DNA from: Sedimentisphaerales bacterium
GTDB lineage: Bacteria > Planctomycetota > Phycisphaerae > Sedimentisphaerales > Anaerobacaceae
Length of the DNA: 64,000 nt
Assembly: GCA_963708075.1 (NCBI GenBank)
Contig: OY970194.1
Location: 4,960,001 to 5,024,000 of the forward strand
Direction: 5' to 3'
Part shown: positions 41,698 to 52,016 of the stretch, piece after piece
Position numbering within the stretch: position 1 is the stretch's first letter
How the letters are laid out: every line of letters begins with the position of its first letter
Position numbers and translations under genes: made by a program
Notes under the pieces: model-generated
What the model was told of the DNA's origin: nothing
Databases searched by the model: none
Seen by the model: only the letters and a program-made list of their open reading frames with translations

Positions 41698-42829
41698 CTA
41701 CTGCTGTTTCGCGTTGCCCTGGGTTTTGAACTTGGCCCGTTGCCGCAGGCAACTGTCGATGAACTCGTCCAGATCGCCATCGAGAATGGCGTCGACGTTG
41801 CCGGTCTCATGGCCGGTGCGGTGGTCCTTGACCAACTGGTACGGCTGGAGCACGTAGCTGCGGATCTGGTTGCCCCAGGCGATCTCGCCCTTGTCCCCGT
41901 AGAGCCTGTTGATCTCCTTGTCGCGCTTCTCCTGCTCCAGACGTTCGATCTTCGCCTGCAGAATAGACAGGGCCATCTTCTTGTTCTGCGCCTGGCTTCG
42001 CTCGTTGACGCACTCGACGATGAGGTTCGTCGGGATATGTCGGATGCGAACGGCCGTGGAGACCTTGTTGACGTTTTGCCCGCCGGCCCCCGAAGAACGG
42101 CGGAAATAAACGATGTCGAGATCGTTGTCCTTCAGCTCCAGATCGGCCTCGGGCAGCTCCGGCAGCACGTCGACGGCCGCGAAACTCGTATGCCGGCGCG
42201 CATTGGAGTCGAATGGGCTGATTCGTACGAGCCGGTGCACGCCGGTTTCGCACGACAGCTTGCCGAACGCGAACGGCCCTGCGACCCGCAGCGTGATCGA
42301 GCGAATCCCCGCCTCTTCGCCCGGCGTGATGGCCAACTCCTCGTACTTGTACTTGTTCGCGTCGAAGTACCGCGTGTACATGCGAAGCAACATGCTGGCC
42401 CAGTCGCAGCTTTCCGTGCCGCCGGCCCCGGCGTGGATGGCAAAGAAGCAGTTTCGCATGTCCTGGGGCCTCGACAGCAAACCCTGCAGCTCGATCTGCT
42501 CGCAGCGGCGATCCAGCGACTTGACATCCGCTTCAAGCTGAGCCAGCTCGTCCGCGTCGTCCTCCTCGGCCGCAAGCCCGTAGAGCTCCACCAGGTCCTT
42601 TACTTCTCGCTGCAACTCCTCCGCTGGATCGACCACCGCCTTCAAAGCACTGAGCTGCATTACGACGTTCTGGGCCGCCTCCTGGTTATCCCAGAATCCC
42701 GGCTTGGACATCCGTTTCTCCAGCTCTCCGAGCTGCGCCTTCTTGTTTGGTAAGTCAAAGCCAGTCCCGGATCGCTTCGACCCGGGCCTCTAACGCACCG
42801 ATTACCGTTTTCAGTTCTGCTACTTCCAT
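41698..42829 (-). CDS. prfB: Peptide chain release factor 2 with programmed +1 frameshift
   Basis: 24-codon upstream ORF MEVAELK...RDWL ends CTT TGA C (42760-42754); +1 frame continues DLPNKKAQL...; SPF and GGQ motifs. Confidence 0.95.
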
Positions 42830-43273
42830 AAGCCCATCCAATCATCGTTCTATTGTTGTCAGGAAAAGCACAGCAAGGCTTATACCACACCCGCATCAGA
42901 TATGCAACCCGCCGACCCGCTACTCCTACGCCCCCGCGCGCCGCGAGTTCGTTGCTAACCGGATTGGCGGGCCACCTCATGCCCTGCGTCTGCAAGCGAA
43001 AACCGCTTGACACACCGGCGGCTCTGAGCTACCGTGGGACCGTTGATTTCGGGCTTATGCTTGAGATTGTCACGGGGGAAACACCAGACGAGAGACAACG
43101 CGTACACACCCTTGCTGATGCCCTCAAGCCCGTTTACCGTGCATTGGCCTGATATGAGGTGCACCTGAACAAAGCGTCGATTTGGCCGCAGGAATTACGT
43201 GTATCCGTGGACAGATGGATTCGGAGGATTGCTGTTTCACGTAACTGCTTCAGTCTTTTTGGGAGGGTATATC

Positions 43274-44971
43274 ATGACGGCACACAGAGTCACCGTTCTG
43301 CTATCGGCAACCATCCTCGCTATCCCCTTGATTAAGGCGAACAATGCCCAAGTCGTCATTTCCGACGACGGCTGCACATCGTGCTGGACGTTGACTGTCT
43401 CGTCGACGGAACGGGGCTCCGTGGTGATGCCGGGGGAGGATGCTTTTGTGTATCTCACCGGCGACTTGGCGCCGGTGGAGGCGGTGGCGGAGGAAGGCAG
43501 TCAGTTCACGCATTGGACCGGCACGGCCGTCGATGCCAATGCCGTGCTCGATCCGTGCGCCCCGCACACAAGCGTCATGATGGATGCGAATTACACGCTG
43601 GTCGCGCATTTCAAGCCTCAGGGCGAGCCTTGGAGCACCGTTTATTTCAACAACTTCGAGGGCCATGTCGGCCCCGAATGGTCGCACAACGCGGTCGATG
43701 CCACGCCCGTCGGCGAGCGACGCTTCCTGGGCCAGTTTGGCAATGATGCCGTGACACTGACCTTGACTGGTTTACCGGCACACTCGCGGGTGAGATTATC
43801 CTTCGATCTGTTCGCGATTCGCTCCTGGGATGGCAATGGCGAAGTCTGGGCGGAAGGGCCGGATCATTGGGCGTTGACCGTGGATCAGGAGAAGCTTCTG
43901 GATACCACGTTCAGTAACCACCCCTGTGCGATCTATTATGATCTCAGCAACACGGCCACCGATTCGCCGACACAGGCGTTTCCCGGGAATTGTCCCGGCC
44001 AACAACACCCGCCTCAAACCGGAGCAGCCGAGATGCAATCACTTGGCTACACGTACTCGTTCCCGTCATCTCCAGATGGGACACAACTACAGGACGCAGT
44101 CTACCACTTGATCTTTACTTGCGAACACTCCAGGAGCCGTGTGACTGTATCTTTCTCTGCGTCGGAGCTTCAAGGCCTTGAGGACGAGAGCTGGGGTCTG
44201 GATAACGTAAAGGTCGAGGTCGTCCAGGACGAAGGCAAGGCCGAATTGTCAATCTCTTCGACAGTGGGCGGCTCGGCGGCCATGCCGGGTGAAGGGATTT
44301 TCACGTACAATCGCGGGGAGTCGGTGGCAATCCAAGCGGCCTCCGATGCGGGCTATCGCTTCACGCATTGGAGCGGTTCGGCCGTAGATGCGAATAAGGT
44401 CGCCGATCCGGCTTCCGCAAGCACCACGGTCGTGGTGGATGGCGATTACACACTGGTCGCCGGCTTTGCCGTCAATCCGAAGACGCTGACCGTGTCCGCA
44501 GGAGCCGGCGGCAGCGTGACTGCTCCCGGCCAGGGGAGCTTCCCGTATCCGCAGGGGACGTGGGTGCCGATTCAAGCGGTTCCCCAGGCACACTACTACT
44601 TCACCCATTGGAGCGGCACGGCTGCGGATGCCGGCAAGGTCGTCAATTGCGGTCTGCCCGTCACGAGTCTGACCGCCGACGCCGATTACACACTGATGGC
44701 GCACTTCAAGGTCGAGCAGTACCGGCTGACCGTCTCTGCCGCCCAAGGCGGCTCTATCCACGTGGAGACGAGGATGGGGAACACCATGACCGCGTGGTAC
44801 GACGATCCGGTGCCTCTGTTGGATTGCTGGACACAGGTGACGGTCATAGCCACGCCACACGCCGGCTGGAAGTTCAGGACCTGGTCGGGCACCATGGGCT
44901 CCACCGAATCGCTCTTCACGTTCGAACTGACGGAGAACTTCATCCTCGAAGCTCAGTTCGTCCCGAAATGA
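43274..44971 (+). CDS. Secreted protein with InlB B-type (Listeria-Bacteroides) repeats and a lectin-like domain
   Basis: GGAGGG RBS; four LTVS..GGSV..PG...F.HW.G repeats; SFDLFAIRSWDG...DESWGLDNV domain. Confidence 0.75.
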   Translation: MTAHRVTVLLSATILAIPLIKANNAQVVISDDGCTSCWTLTVSSTERGSVVMPGEDAFVYLTGDLAPVEAVAEEGSQFTHWTGTAVDANAVLDPCAPHTSVMMDANYTLVAHFKPQGEPWSTVYFNNFEGHVGPEWSHNAVDATPVGERRFLGQFGNDAVTLTLTGLPAHSRVRLSFDLFAIRSWDGNGEVWAEGPDHWALTVDQEKLLDTTFSNHPCAIYYDLSNTATDSPTQAFPGNCPGQQHPPQTGAAEMQSLGYTYSFPSSPDGTQLQDAVYHLIFTCEHSRSRVTVSFSASELQGLEDESWGLDNVKVEVVQDEGKAELSISSTVGGSAAMPGEGIFTYNRGESVAIQAASDAGYRFTHWSGSAVDANKVADPASASTTVVVDGDYTLVAGFAVNPKTLTVSAGAGGSVTAPGQGSFPYPQGTWVPIQAVPQAHYYFTHWSGTAADAGKVVNCGLPVTSLTADADYTLMAHFKVEQYRLTVSAAQGGSIHVETRMGNTMTAWYDDPVPLLDCWTQVTVIATPHAGWKFRTWSGTMGSTESLFTFELTENFILEAQFVPK

Positions 44972-45210
44972 GCACCGGACCCACAGCAACCACGGGTGGA
45001 TAGTTCGGGAGCGGACATCCACAGCAGCGTGCCAATGGCCTTGTAGTGTTTTACGGAATGCGGTGTAGGGAACTTCCTTAGAGAGTAGAAGGGCGAGGCG
45101 CGCCTACGATAGCGGTCATTCAGGCCCACGGAGGCGGCCGGGACATGTCCAGCCCGCTCGCCTGCACCGTTCGGGCCTTCGCGCGTGCCTTAGGGAAGGG
45201 GGAATGCACC

Positions 45211-47859
45211 ATGTACGAGAAGGGGAGACATCCAGTTGCGGTCCTGTGGACTTCATTGATTGTTGTCACTCTCGGCGTCAGCCTTGTTTGTAGTGTGCCC
45301 GTAAGAGCCTGCCCTGAGCCTGCCGAAGGGGCATCGAAAGAAACGCCTCACGGCGTCACTACAAACCAGGCTGTCCAGAGACTGGATCTCACGCCGGCGC
45401 TGTTCGTAGAAAACCAGGGACAGTGGGCGGACCGGGCGGTTCGCTACGTGCACGACGGCAATCCCGTCGACGTGGCCCTGAGGGAATCGGGCATTCTCTT
45501 TCAGGTTGGCACACGGCCGCTGCAATTTTCCGCATCCTTCGTTGGGGCAAAGACGGTCTGTCCCGTGGGCCTGCAGCGCTCACATGCCGTCTTCAATTAC
45601 CGTGTCGGCAACCAGGCGGGCTGGAGAACCGGTGTCGCGTCCTATGAAAAGGTCGTGTACCCGGGATTGTACGAGGGGATCGATCTGCACGTCTGGGGCC
45701 TGCGCGGCCGGCTCAAGTATGAGTTCCACGTCGCCCCCGGCGCGGACTATCGCCGAATCGCTGTGCGCTATGAGGGGATCGAGGGCCTGTCGATCCGCGA
45801 GGATGGCTCCCTGGCTGTGAATCTGCGCGAGCAGCAGGACGTGATCCGTGACGACGCCCCATACATCTACCAGGAGATCGACGGCCGGAAGGTTGAGCTC
45901 CCGGGGCAATTCGTCGTCCTGGACAAGCGTACGTATTCCTTCGAGGTCACCGGGGACGTTCGTCCCGGGCACCCGCTGATCATCGACCCGAACCTGGCCT
46001 GGAGCACCCACCTGGGCGGGGCGCAGAATGACTATGCGACGGATGTCGCAGCCGACGCGACGGGCGACGTATACGTAGTAGGCTGGACGGATTCGCCTGG
46101 CTGGGCCAGCGGTGGATTCGATACGAAATACGAGGGCAATTTCGGCGACGCATTCGTCTCCAAGCTCAGCGGCGCCGGCAAGCACCTCTGGACAACATAC
46201 CTCGGCGGCACCGTGTCGGACTCCGGGCGGGCAATCACCGTGGACGCCCAGGGCAACGTATACGTGGTGGGTTATACCACTTCCGCCAACTGGACCAGCG
46301 GCGGGTACGACACGCAATTCGAAGGCAACGATCTCCATGAAGGCGACGGTTTCATCGTCAAGCTCACCAGCGCGGGGGCCCACGTCTGGAGCAGCTACCT
46401 CGGCGGGAACTCGCATGATACCGCAGAGAGTGTCGCCGTGGACGCCACCGGGTACGTGTACGCAGCAGGCACCACGAAATCAGCCGGCTGGATGATCGGC
46501 GGGTTCGATGAGAGCTTCGGTGGCGGCGCCGCGGACGTGTTTCTCGTGAAACTCGCCCCGGCCGGCGGCTATGTCTGGGGTACATACCTGGGCGGGGGCA
46601 TGGGTGACTCCGACGCGTTCGTAGCCGTCGGTGACGCCAACAGCGTATACGTGCTGGGCACGACCGAGTCGACCGGCTGGGCCATCCGAGGCTATGACAC
46701 AACGTTCGGCGGCGACTCGGACGCATTCCTGGCCAAGCTCACCGACACGGGCCGGCACCTGTGGAGCACCTATCTCGGCGGCAATGGCAAAGAAACCGGC
46801 GGCGGCCTGGCCGTGGATAGCTCCGGCGCCGTCTATGCTGGCGGCAGCACGAACTCGCTCGACTGGGTCAGCGGAGGATTCGATACCACGCTCGGCGACT
46901 CCTACTCCGACGGCTATGTCGTCAAGCTCACCAGTGCCGGCCAGCATGTCTGGAGCACGTACATTGGCGGCGCCAACGGGGAGTTTGCCGATGACATCTG
47001 CGTGGACAAGGAAGGCAACGTCTATTCGGTGGGCGATGTGTTTGTCGGCGAAGGCTGGCAAGCGTCGCCTTGGGTGAGCGGAGGATTCGATACAACCTTC
47101 AACGGCGGCGAATACGATGGTTTCCTCATCAAGCTCACCAGCAGCGGCGCCCATGCCTGGAGCAGTTTCATCGGGGGAGCCGGCAATGAGGGAAATTCCG
47201 GCGTGGCGGTGAATCCTGCCGGCGAGGTCTTCGTCGTAGGCGGCACAGCCTCCGCCGGCTGGACCAGCGGCGGCTTCGATACCACGTTCGATGGAGAGGA
47301 AGACGCCTTCGTGCTCAAGATCACCGAGGGCACAGGGACGGAACCGGGAACGGAGCCGGAGCCGGGGACGGAGCCAGACCCAGGAACAGAGACATTGACG
47401 AAGATTCCCGTGCATCGCTTCTGGTCGCCCATCAACTCGCGTCACTTCTATACGACGAGCGAATCGGAGAAACAGAACCTCATCGACAACTTCGAATACA
47501 TCTGGACCTACGAAGGGATTGTCTACTATGCACTGCCGGATGGCAACGAGCCCGGCAGTCTGCCGGTGTACCGCTTCTGGTCGCCGTCGGCCAGTGCTCA
47601 CTTCTATACGATCAGCGAGGCCGAGAAAGATGCGTTGATCCGTGACTTCTCGCATGTCTGGACCTTCGAGGAGAGGGCGTTCTACGCGTACCCGGAAGGC
47701 GCGCAGCCGGCGGGGACCTCCCCCGTCTACCGCTTCTGGTCCCCCGTCTCCAGCTCTCATTTTTACACGATGAGCGAGGCGGAAAAAGATGTGCTGATCC
47801 GCGACTACCCCGCGGTCTGGACCTTCGAAGGCATCGCCTGGTACGCCTACCCGCCATAA
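45211..47859 (+). CDS. Secreted SBBP-repeat beta-propeller protein with C-terminal HFYT repeats
   Basis: FVENQGQ, LKYEFHVAPGAD, LIIDP; repeated W.TYLGG...D....AVD..G.VY; TEPG linker; three PVYRFWS..HFYT..E.E repeats. Confidence 0.85.
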   Translation: MYEKGRHPVAVLWTSLIVVTLGVSLVCSVPVRACPEPAEGASKETPHGVTTNQAVQRLDLTPALFVENQGQWADRAVRYVHDGNPVDVALRESGILFQVGTRPLQFSASFVGAKTVCPVGLQRSHAVFNYRVGNQAGWRTGVASYEKVVYPGLYEGIDLHVWGLRGRLKYEFHVAPGADYRRIAVRYEGIEGLSIREDGSLAVNLREQQDVIRDDAPYIYQEIDGRKVELPGQFVVLDKRTYSFEVTGDVRPGHPLIIDPNLAWSTHLGGAQNDYATDVAADATGDVYVVGWTDSPGWASGGFDTKYEGNFGDAFVSKLSGAGKHLWTTYLGGTVSDSGRAITVDAQGNVYVVGYTTSANWTSGGYDTQFEGNDLHEGDGFIVKLTSAGAHVWSSYLGGNSHDTAESVAVDATGYVYAAGTTKSAGWMIGGFDESFGGGAADVFLVKLAPAGGYVWGTYLGGGMGDSDAFVAVGDANSVYVLGTTESTGWAIRGYDTTFGGDSDAFLAKLTDTGRHLWSTYLGGNGKETGGGLAVDSSGAVYAGGSTNSLDWVSGGFDTTLGDSYSDGYVVKLTSAGQHVWSTYIGGANGEFADDICVDKEGNVYSVGDVFVGEGWQASPWVSGGFDTTFNGGEYDGFLIKLTSSGAHAWSSFIGGAGNEGNSGVAVNPAGEVFVVGGTASAGWTSGGFDTTFDGEEDAFVLKITEGTGTEPGTEPEPGTEPDPGTETLTKIPVHRFWSPINSRHFYTTSESEKQNLIDNFEYIWTYEGIVYYALPDGNEPGSLPVYRFWSPSASAHFYTISEAEKDALIRDFSHVWTFEERAFYAYPEGAQPAGTSPVYRFWSPVSSSHFYTMSEAEKDVLIRDYPAVWTFEGIAWYAYPP

Positions 47860-48833
47860 TCGCCGTCCGGCGACGGTTTCTCAGGCTGTTTCCCTGTCCA
47901 GCGGACCGGATTGGTTTCCGTGTGCACCCGGGCGCCGGGGGTGTCGGACAGGATCCCTTTGGCGTGGAGATACCGCAGGCAGCGGCGGCGAACCTGCTTG
48001 AGGGGCCCGGCGACGGCCCGGTGAAGCCGCAGGGGCAGGCTATCGTTTCGCGATAGTCGCTCCTCGGCTTCAGTCAACTCGGCGGGCAGGAATCTGCGCT
48101 TGTGCTTATAGAGATGATACAGATCATAGGCCTGGAGCCGGCGGCGCAGAGCGGCCGACAGCCGCTTGGAGAGAAGGCAACGATCTCCGATGTAGGTAGA
48201 GAGCTGAAAGTCAATGATCCAGGGTTGGCCATCGTCGCCGACGAGCACGTTGCCGCGCTTGTGCAGATCGAAATGGACGAGGCCGCGGGCGTGAATCTGC
48301 TGCAGCACGGCCAGGAGTCTCTCGAAGAAACCGGGCGGCAACGGGGGCTTGCGGTCCAGGCTGGCGCCTTCGACGTACTCGTAGGTGTACGCGGTTGAGC
48401 CCGTGCGCGCCAGGACCCGGGGGACGCCGCCGATGCCTTCACACCGCCGGAGATTGCGGACCTCTTTGTGTGTCACGAGCCGGCCGAGCCAACGGAGCGG
48501 AATGAAACAGAAATGCATCCGCCGGTTGATCTTGCAGATGATTCTCCGTGGACCGGCCGCGTCCATATCAGCGATCTCATATAAGCCCGTGCCGGCCATG
48601 AAATCGTGTTTGAGCACCGTCACCAGGACATAGGATCTGCTATCGCAATCTACTACCGCGGGCAGTCCGTTTCCGCAGGCATAGAAACACGAGCCAAACC
48701 AGCGGGCGACCCGTCCCCTCTTCGTTTGGGCGGATCCGGCGTCCGGTTCAGCCGAAGCGAGTTCCGGCCGCTGCGGACTGGAATCCCAATGACTGCCAAC
48801 ACATTGTTCTTTCTTCCTTGCCTGCATCTTCAC
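47847..48833 (-). CDS. Protein kinase-like (RIO/LPS kinase-type) phosphotransferase
   Basis: VHFDLHKRGNVL and IIDFQ motifs; GVPRVL; start uncertain. Confidence 0.65.
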   Translation of the reverse strand: MKMQARKKEQCVGSHWDSSPQRPELASAEPDAGSAQTKRGRVARWFGSCFYACGNGLPAVVDCDSRSYVLVTVLKHDFMAGTGLYEIADMDAAGPRRIICKINRRMHFCFIPLRWLGRLVTHKEVRNLRRCEGIGGVPRVLARTGSTAYTYEYVEGASLDRKPPLPPGFFERLLAVLQQIHARGLVHFDLHKRGNVLVGDDGQPWIIDFQLSTYIGDRCLLSKRLSAALRRRLQAYDLYHLYKHKRRFLPAELTEAEERLSRNDSLPLRLHRAVAGPLKQVRRRCLRYLHAKGILSDTPGARVHTETNPVRWTGKQPEKPSPDGDYGG

Positions 48834-49017
48834 ACAGTGCTCCGGCGTGGCTGTTCTCGTGCCGACAGTCTACCACGCCACTGGCCGGATTGTCACGTGC
48901 TTGGGAGGGATGCTTGCTTGCCTTCGCCGGCGGCCTCGCGTACCATAAGAGCACGGAGTGCGTGATGCAGCATGCTCGCGCCGGCGTACCCAAGGGTTCC
49001 TGTGAGAGGAGCAGTTT

Positions 49018-49341
49018 ATGGAAACCGCCAGACTGGCGATCCACGCGCGTGGCGAGAGTTGGGAAGTGGCCTTGAATCCCGAGGGCACGGTGATCGGCCG
49101 GGTCAAGCCCGCCGACATTCCACTCGACAGCCGGATGATTTCCAGGCGGCACGTGCGCATCTTCCGCGACCCGTTCGGGCGATGGATCTTCGAGGACCTG
49201 GGCCTGACAAAGATCTTCAAGAGCGCCCCGCCCGACTCCGCGCAGGGCCTCCTCAACGCAACCGCCGGCGCCGCGGAGGTCTTCCGGCACTCGCTCGCCC
49301 AGATGCACGACCTGACCCTGCTCGCCCTGAGCGTCCGCTAA
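49018..49341 (+). pseudogene. Internally deleted FHA / SpoIIE(PP2C) phosphatase remnant
   Basis: IGR...ISRRH..I...W.FEDLG (FHA, ends before SxNG) joined to SAQGLL...F....QMHDLTLLAL (SpoIIE-like C-terminus). Confidence 0.55.
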
Positions 49342-49374
49342 CACAGACGCAGAATACTGCAAGAGATCGGAGCC

Positions 49375-50926
49375 ATGATGAAGAATCGAACAGACAAGAA
49401 AGGTACAACACGGCGCGAATTCATGAGTCTTCTCGGAGCAGGCGCGGCGGCATGTGTCACGAGTCCGGCTCTGGCGGCAGAAGGCCAGTCGGCACTTGAA
49501 GTGGACCCCAAGCCTCGATTTGAGCTGTCGCCGTATCTGTACATGCAATTCATGGAGCCGCTGGGCGTTACGGATAGCTCGGTGGATGCCGCCTGGGACT
49601 TCGCGGCGGACCGCTGGCGCGAGGACGTGGTCGGGATCACGCAGGAACTGGCCCCCCCACTCATGCGATGGGGAGGCTGCTTCTGTTCCTATTACCGCTG
49701 GAAGGAGGGGGTCGGCCCCATGCACCAGCGACGTCCCATGCTCAATCAGCTCTGGGGCGGGATCTACATGAACCAGGTGGGAACGCACGAGTTCGCGGAC
49801 TTCTGCCGGCGCGTGGGAGCGGACCCTTTGATCGTGGTGAACTTCGAATCGGACGGGCGCGAGCACTGGCGGCGCTCGCCGAAGGGCGACATCCGATCCG
49901 CCGGACCGGAAGAAGCCGCCGAGTGGGTCCGCTACTGCAATGCCGCTGATTGCGCAGAGCGGCGCGAGCACGGCAGGACGGAGCCCTACAACGTCCGCCT
50001 CTGGCAGATCGGCAACGAGAACCTCTTACGACCGCAACGGATTCGATTGCGAGACCGCCGCCCGGCGCACCGTCGATTTCGCGCGGGCGATGCGCAAGGA
50101 AGATCCCGACGTTCAACTCATCGGCTGGGGCGACAGCGGCTGGGCGGGCCGCATGCTCGAAATCGCCGGCGAGCCGCTTCAGTACATCGCCTTCCATCAC
50201 ATGTTCAATCCCGATCGCGATATGCGGAACTCGCCGCTGCGAGGGATCGAGTATCGCAAAGACCCGGCCCGAACCTGGGAGCGGCTGATGAACGCGGCCA
50301 AGGTCCACGACGCCCGCATTCGGCAGATGCGCGAGCAGACAACCGGATATGACACACCACTGGCTATGACAGAATGTCACTTCGCCCTGCCCGGCCGCAA
50401 TCGATGCGATGTTCTCTCCACGTGGGCGGCGGGGGTCGCCAACGCCAGGCTCCTGAATGTGCATGAGCGTCACGGCGACAGGCTGAAGATCGCCACACTC
50501 GCCGACTTCTGCGGCACACGCTGGCAGGTCAACGCGATCATGATCCCGGTCCCCGGCGGCAAGTCCTACATGATGCCGGTGGCGCTGGTCATGGCCCTGT
50601 ACCGCCATCACACCGGGCGGCAGGCGGTCTCCGTGACTAAGGCGCCCGAGGACCTCGATCTGACGGCCAGTCGGACCGGCGACCGCCTGTTCCTCCACGT
50701 CGTCAACACCAGCCGGGAGTGGCCCGTCACCACGCGGCTGGCGGTAAACGGTATGCACATCCAGCGCGGAAGCATCTTTCAGCTCGCCGCGGACCCGGAA
50801 TTTGAGGTCATCGAGACCCGGGCCAACGAGATTGCCCCCATGCAGAAGGAATTGCCGGCCGACGGACTCTGGACCTTCCCAGCCGCCTCCGTCTCAGCAG
50901 TAGAGTTGGACGTGCAGCAGGCATAG
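49375..50926 (+). CDS. Tat-exported GH51 alpha-L-arabinofuranosidase-like protein, +1 frameshift at about 50020
   Basis: TRREF Tat motif; QFMEPLG, RWGGCF, Y.WKEGVGP, GTHEF, WQIGNE; one-base removal gives IGNETSYD; LAMTE. Confidence 0.85.
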
Positions 50927-51028
50927 CGGGCAGACCTCATGGGTATGCATCGCGATCCGGCACGTGGTGGCTGCCCCGGCTCATTTGGCGGTTGCGTTTC
51001 CTGCATCCGGCCATAGAATGTCGTCATA

Positions 51029-52015
51029 ATGCTCGAGCTGCAAGAGAACATAGCGAAAGCTCAAACGGCGACGGCCAAGCTGCGCCACAAGGTGGTGGGC
51101 AAGGCCGCCCGGGAGTATTTCAGCGTCCTTGACCCGATCCGCAAGCCCGGCGCTGGCGATTTCGAGGCGGCCGGGGCCCGCGCACATGCGGTGCTCAAAC
51201 AGGAACTGCTCTCGGCTGAAACCATTGCCCTCATCAATGGCGGGACGAAGCTCGACGACGACGCTGTGGCGGCGGTAGCGTTGGGCTTCGACGGGATGGC
51301 CCGGCCGGTGCGAATCCCCGCTCCCGTCGTGACCGCGGAGACGAAGACGATCACGCTGGCCCTCGCCGCCGCGGCCGGCGCCGTGGGTGGCATGTTGGGC
51401 CTGGCGCCGCTGCTGCGGCTGGCGTTCGACGTGCGAGACCTCGGGCTGGTGCTGGGCGGGCCGCTGGGGGCCCTGATCGCTGTGCTCGCGGTGCATCGAC
51501 TGGCCCGGCTGCGATTGCTCACAAGGATCTTGCCTTGGTTCTTTATCCGGCCGAAGGCATTGCGCGGCGCGGTGCGCAGCGAGCATGAGAAAGCCGTCCG
51601 CGCGTCGATTGAACAGTGGGTGGACTGGGCGGTGTCGATGCTGGCCGTCCTGTGTCTCTACCGGTCCGGCCGGCCCCAGTCGCAGACAGACTGGGACAAG
51701 GCCCTGCGAAAGATCAGCAAACTGATCTATACGCTTCATCGCACGCCCGCCGAGTCGCTGCCTGTCGTCGCCCACGAACTCGTCCAGGAAGCCAAGAACA
51801 GCGGCTTCGAGGGTCTGGAAGGCTCGCCGGCGTTCCTCGGAACCGGCCGCGAGGAAAAAGAGACGATTTGCTGGAGGCAGGACCTCCAGAATAAATACGA
51901 GACCTTCGGCCATATCACCGAAGGCGATCAGGTCATGGTGGAGCGACCCGCCGTCGTCCTCGGCGGCGAGGTTGTGCAGCGCGGCCTCGTCAGGAAGGTT
52001 CGCGACAGGAAATAA
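51029..52015 (+). CDS. Membrane protein with GrpE-like C-terminal beta domain
   Basis: Gly/Ala-rich TM hairpin; C-terminus YETFGHITEGDQVMVERPAVVLGGEVVQRGLVRK. Confidence 0.55.
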   Translation: MLELQENIAKAQTATAKLRHKVVGKAAREYFSVLDPIRKPGAGDFEAAGARAHAVLKQELLSAETIALINGGTKLDDDAVAAVALGFDGMARPVRIPAPVVTAETKTITLALAAAAGAVGGMLGLAPLLRLAFDVRDLGLVLGGPLGALIAVLAVHRLARLRLLTRILPWFFIRPKALRGAVRSEHEKAVRASIEQWVDWAVSMLAVLCLYRSGRPQSQTDWDKALRKISKLIYTLHRTPAESLPVVAHELVQEAKNSGFEGLEGSPAFLGTGREEKETICWRQDLQNKYETFGHITEGDQVMVERPAVVLGGEVVQRGLVRKVRDRK

Positions 52016-52016
52016 G

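Noticed and set aside
47332..47392. TEPG/EP repeat in the SBBP protein
   Set aside because: Ordinary Pro/Thr/Glu linker with varied codons.
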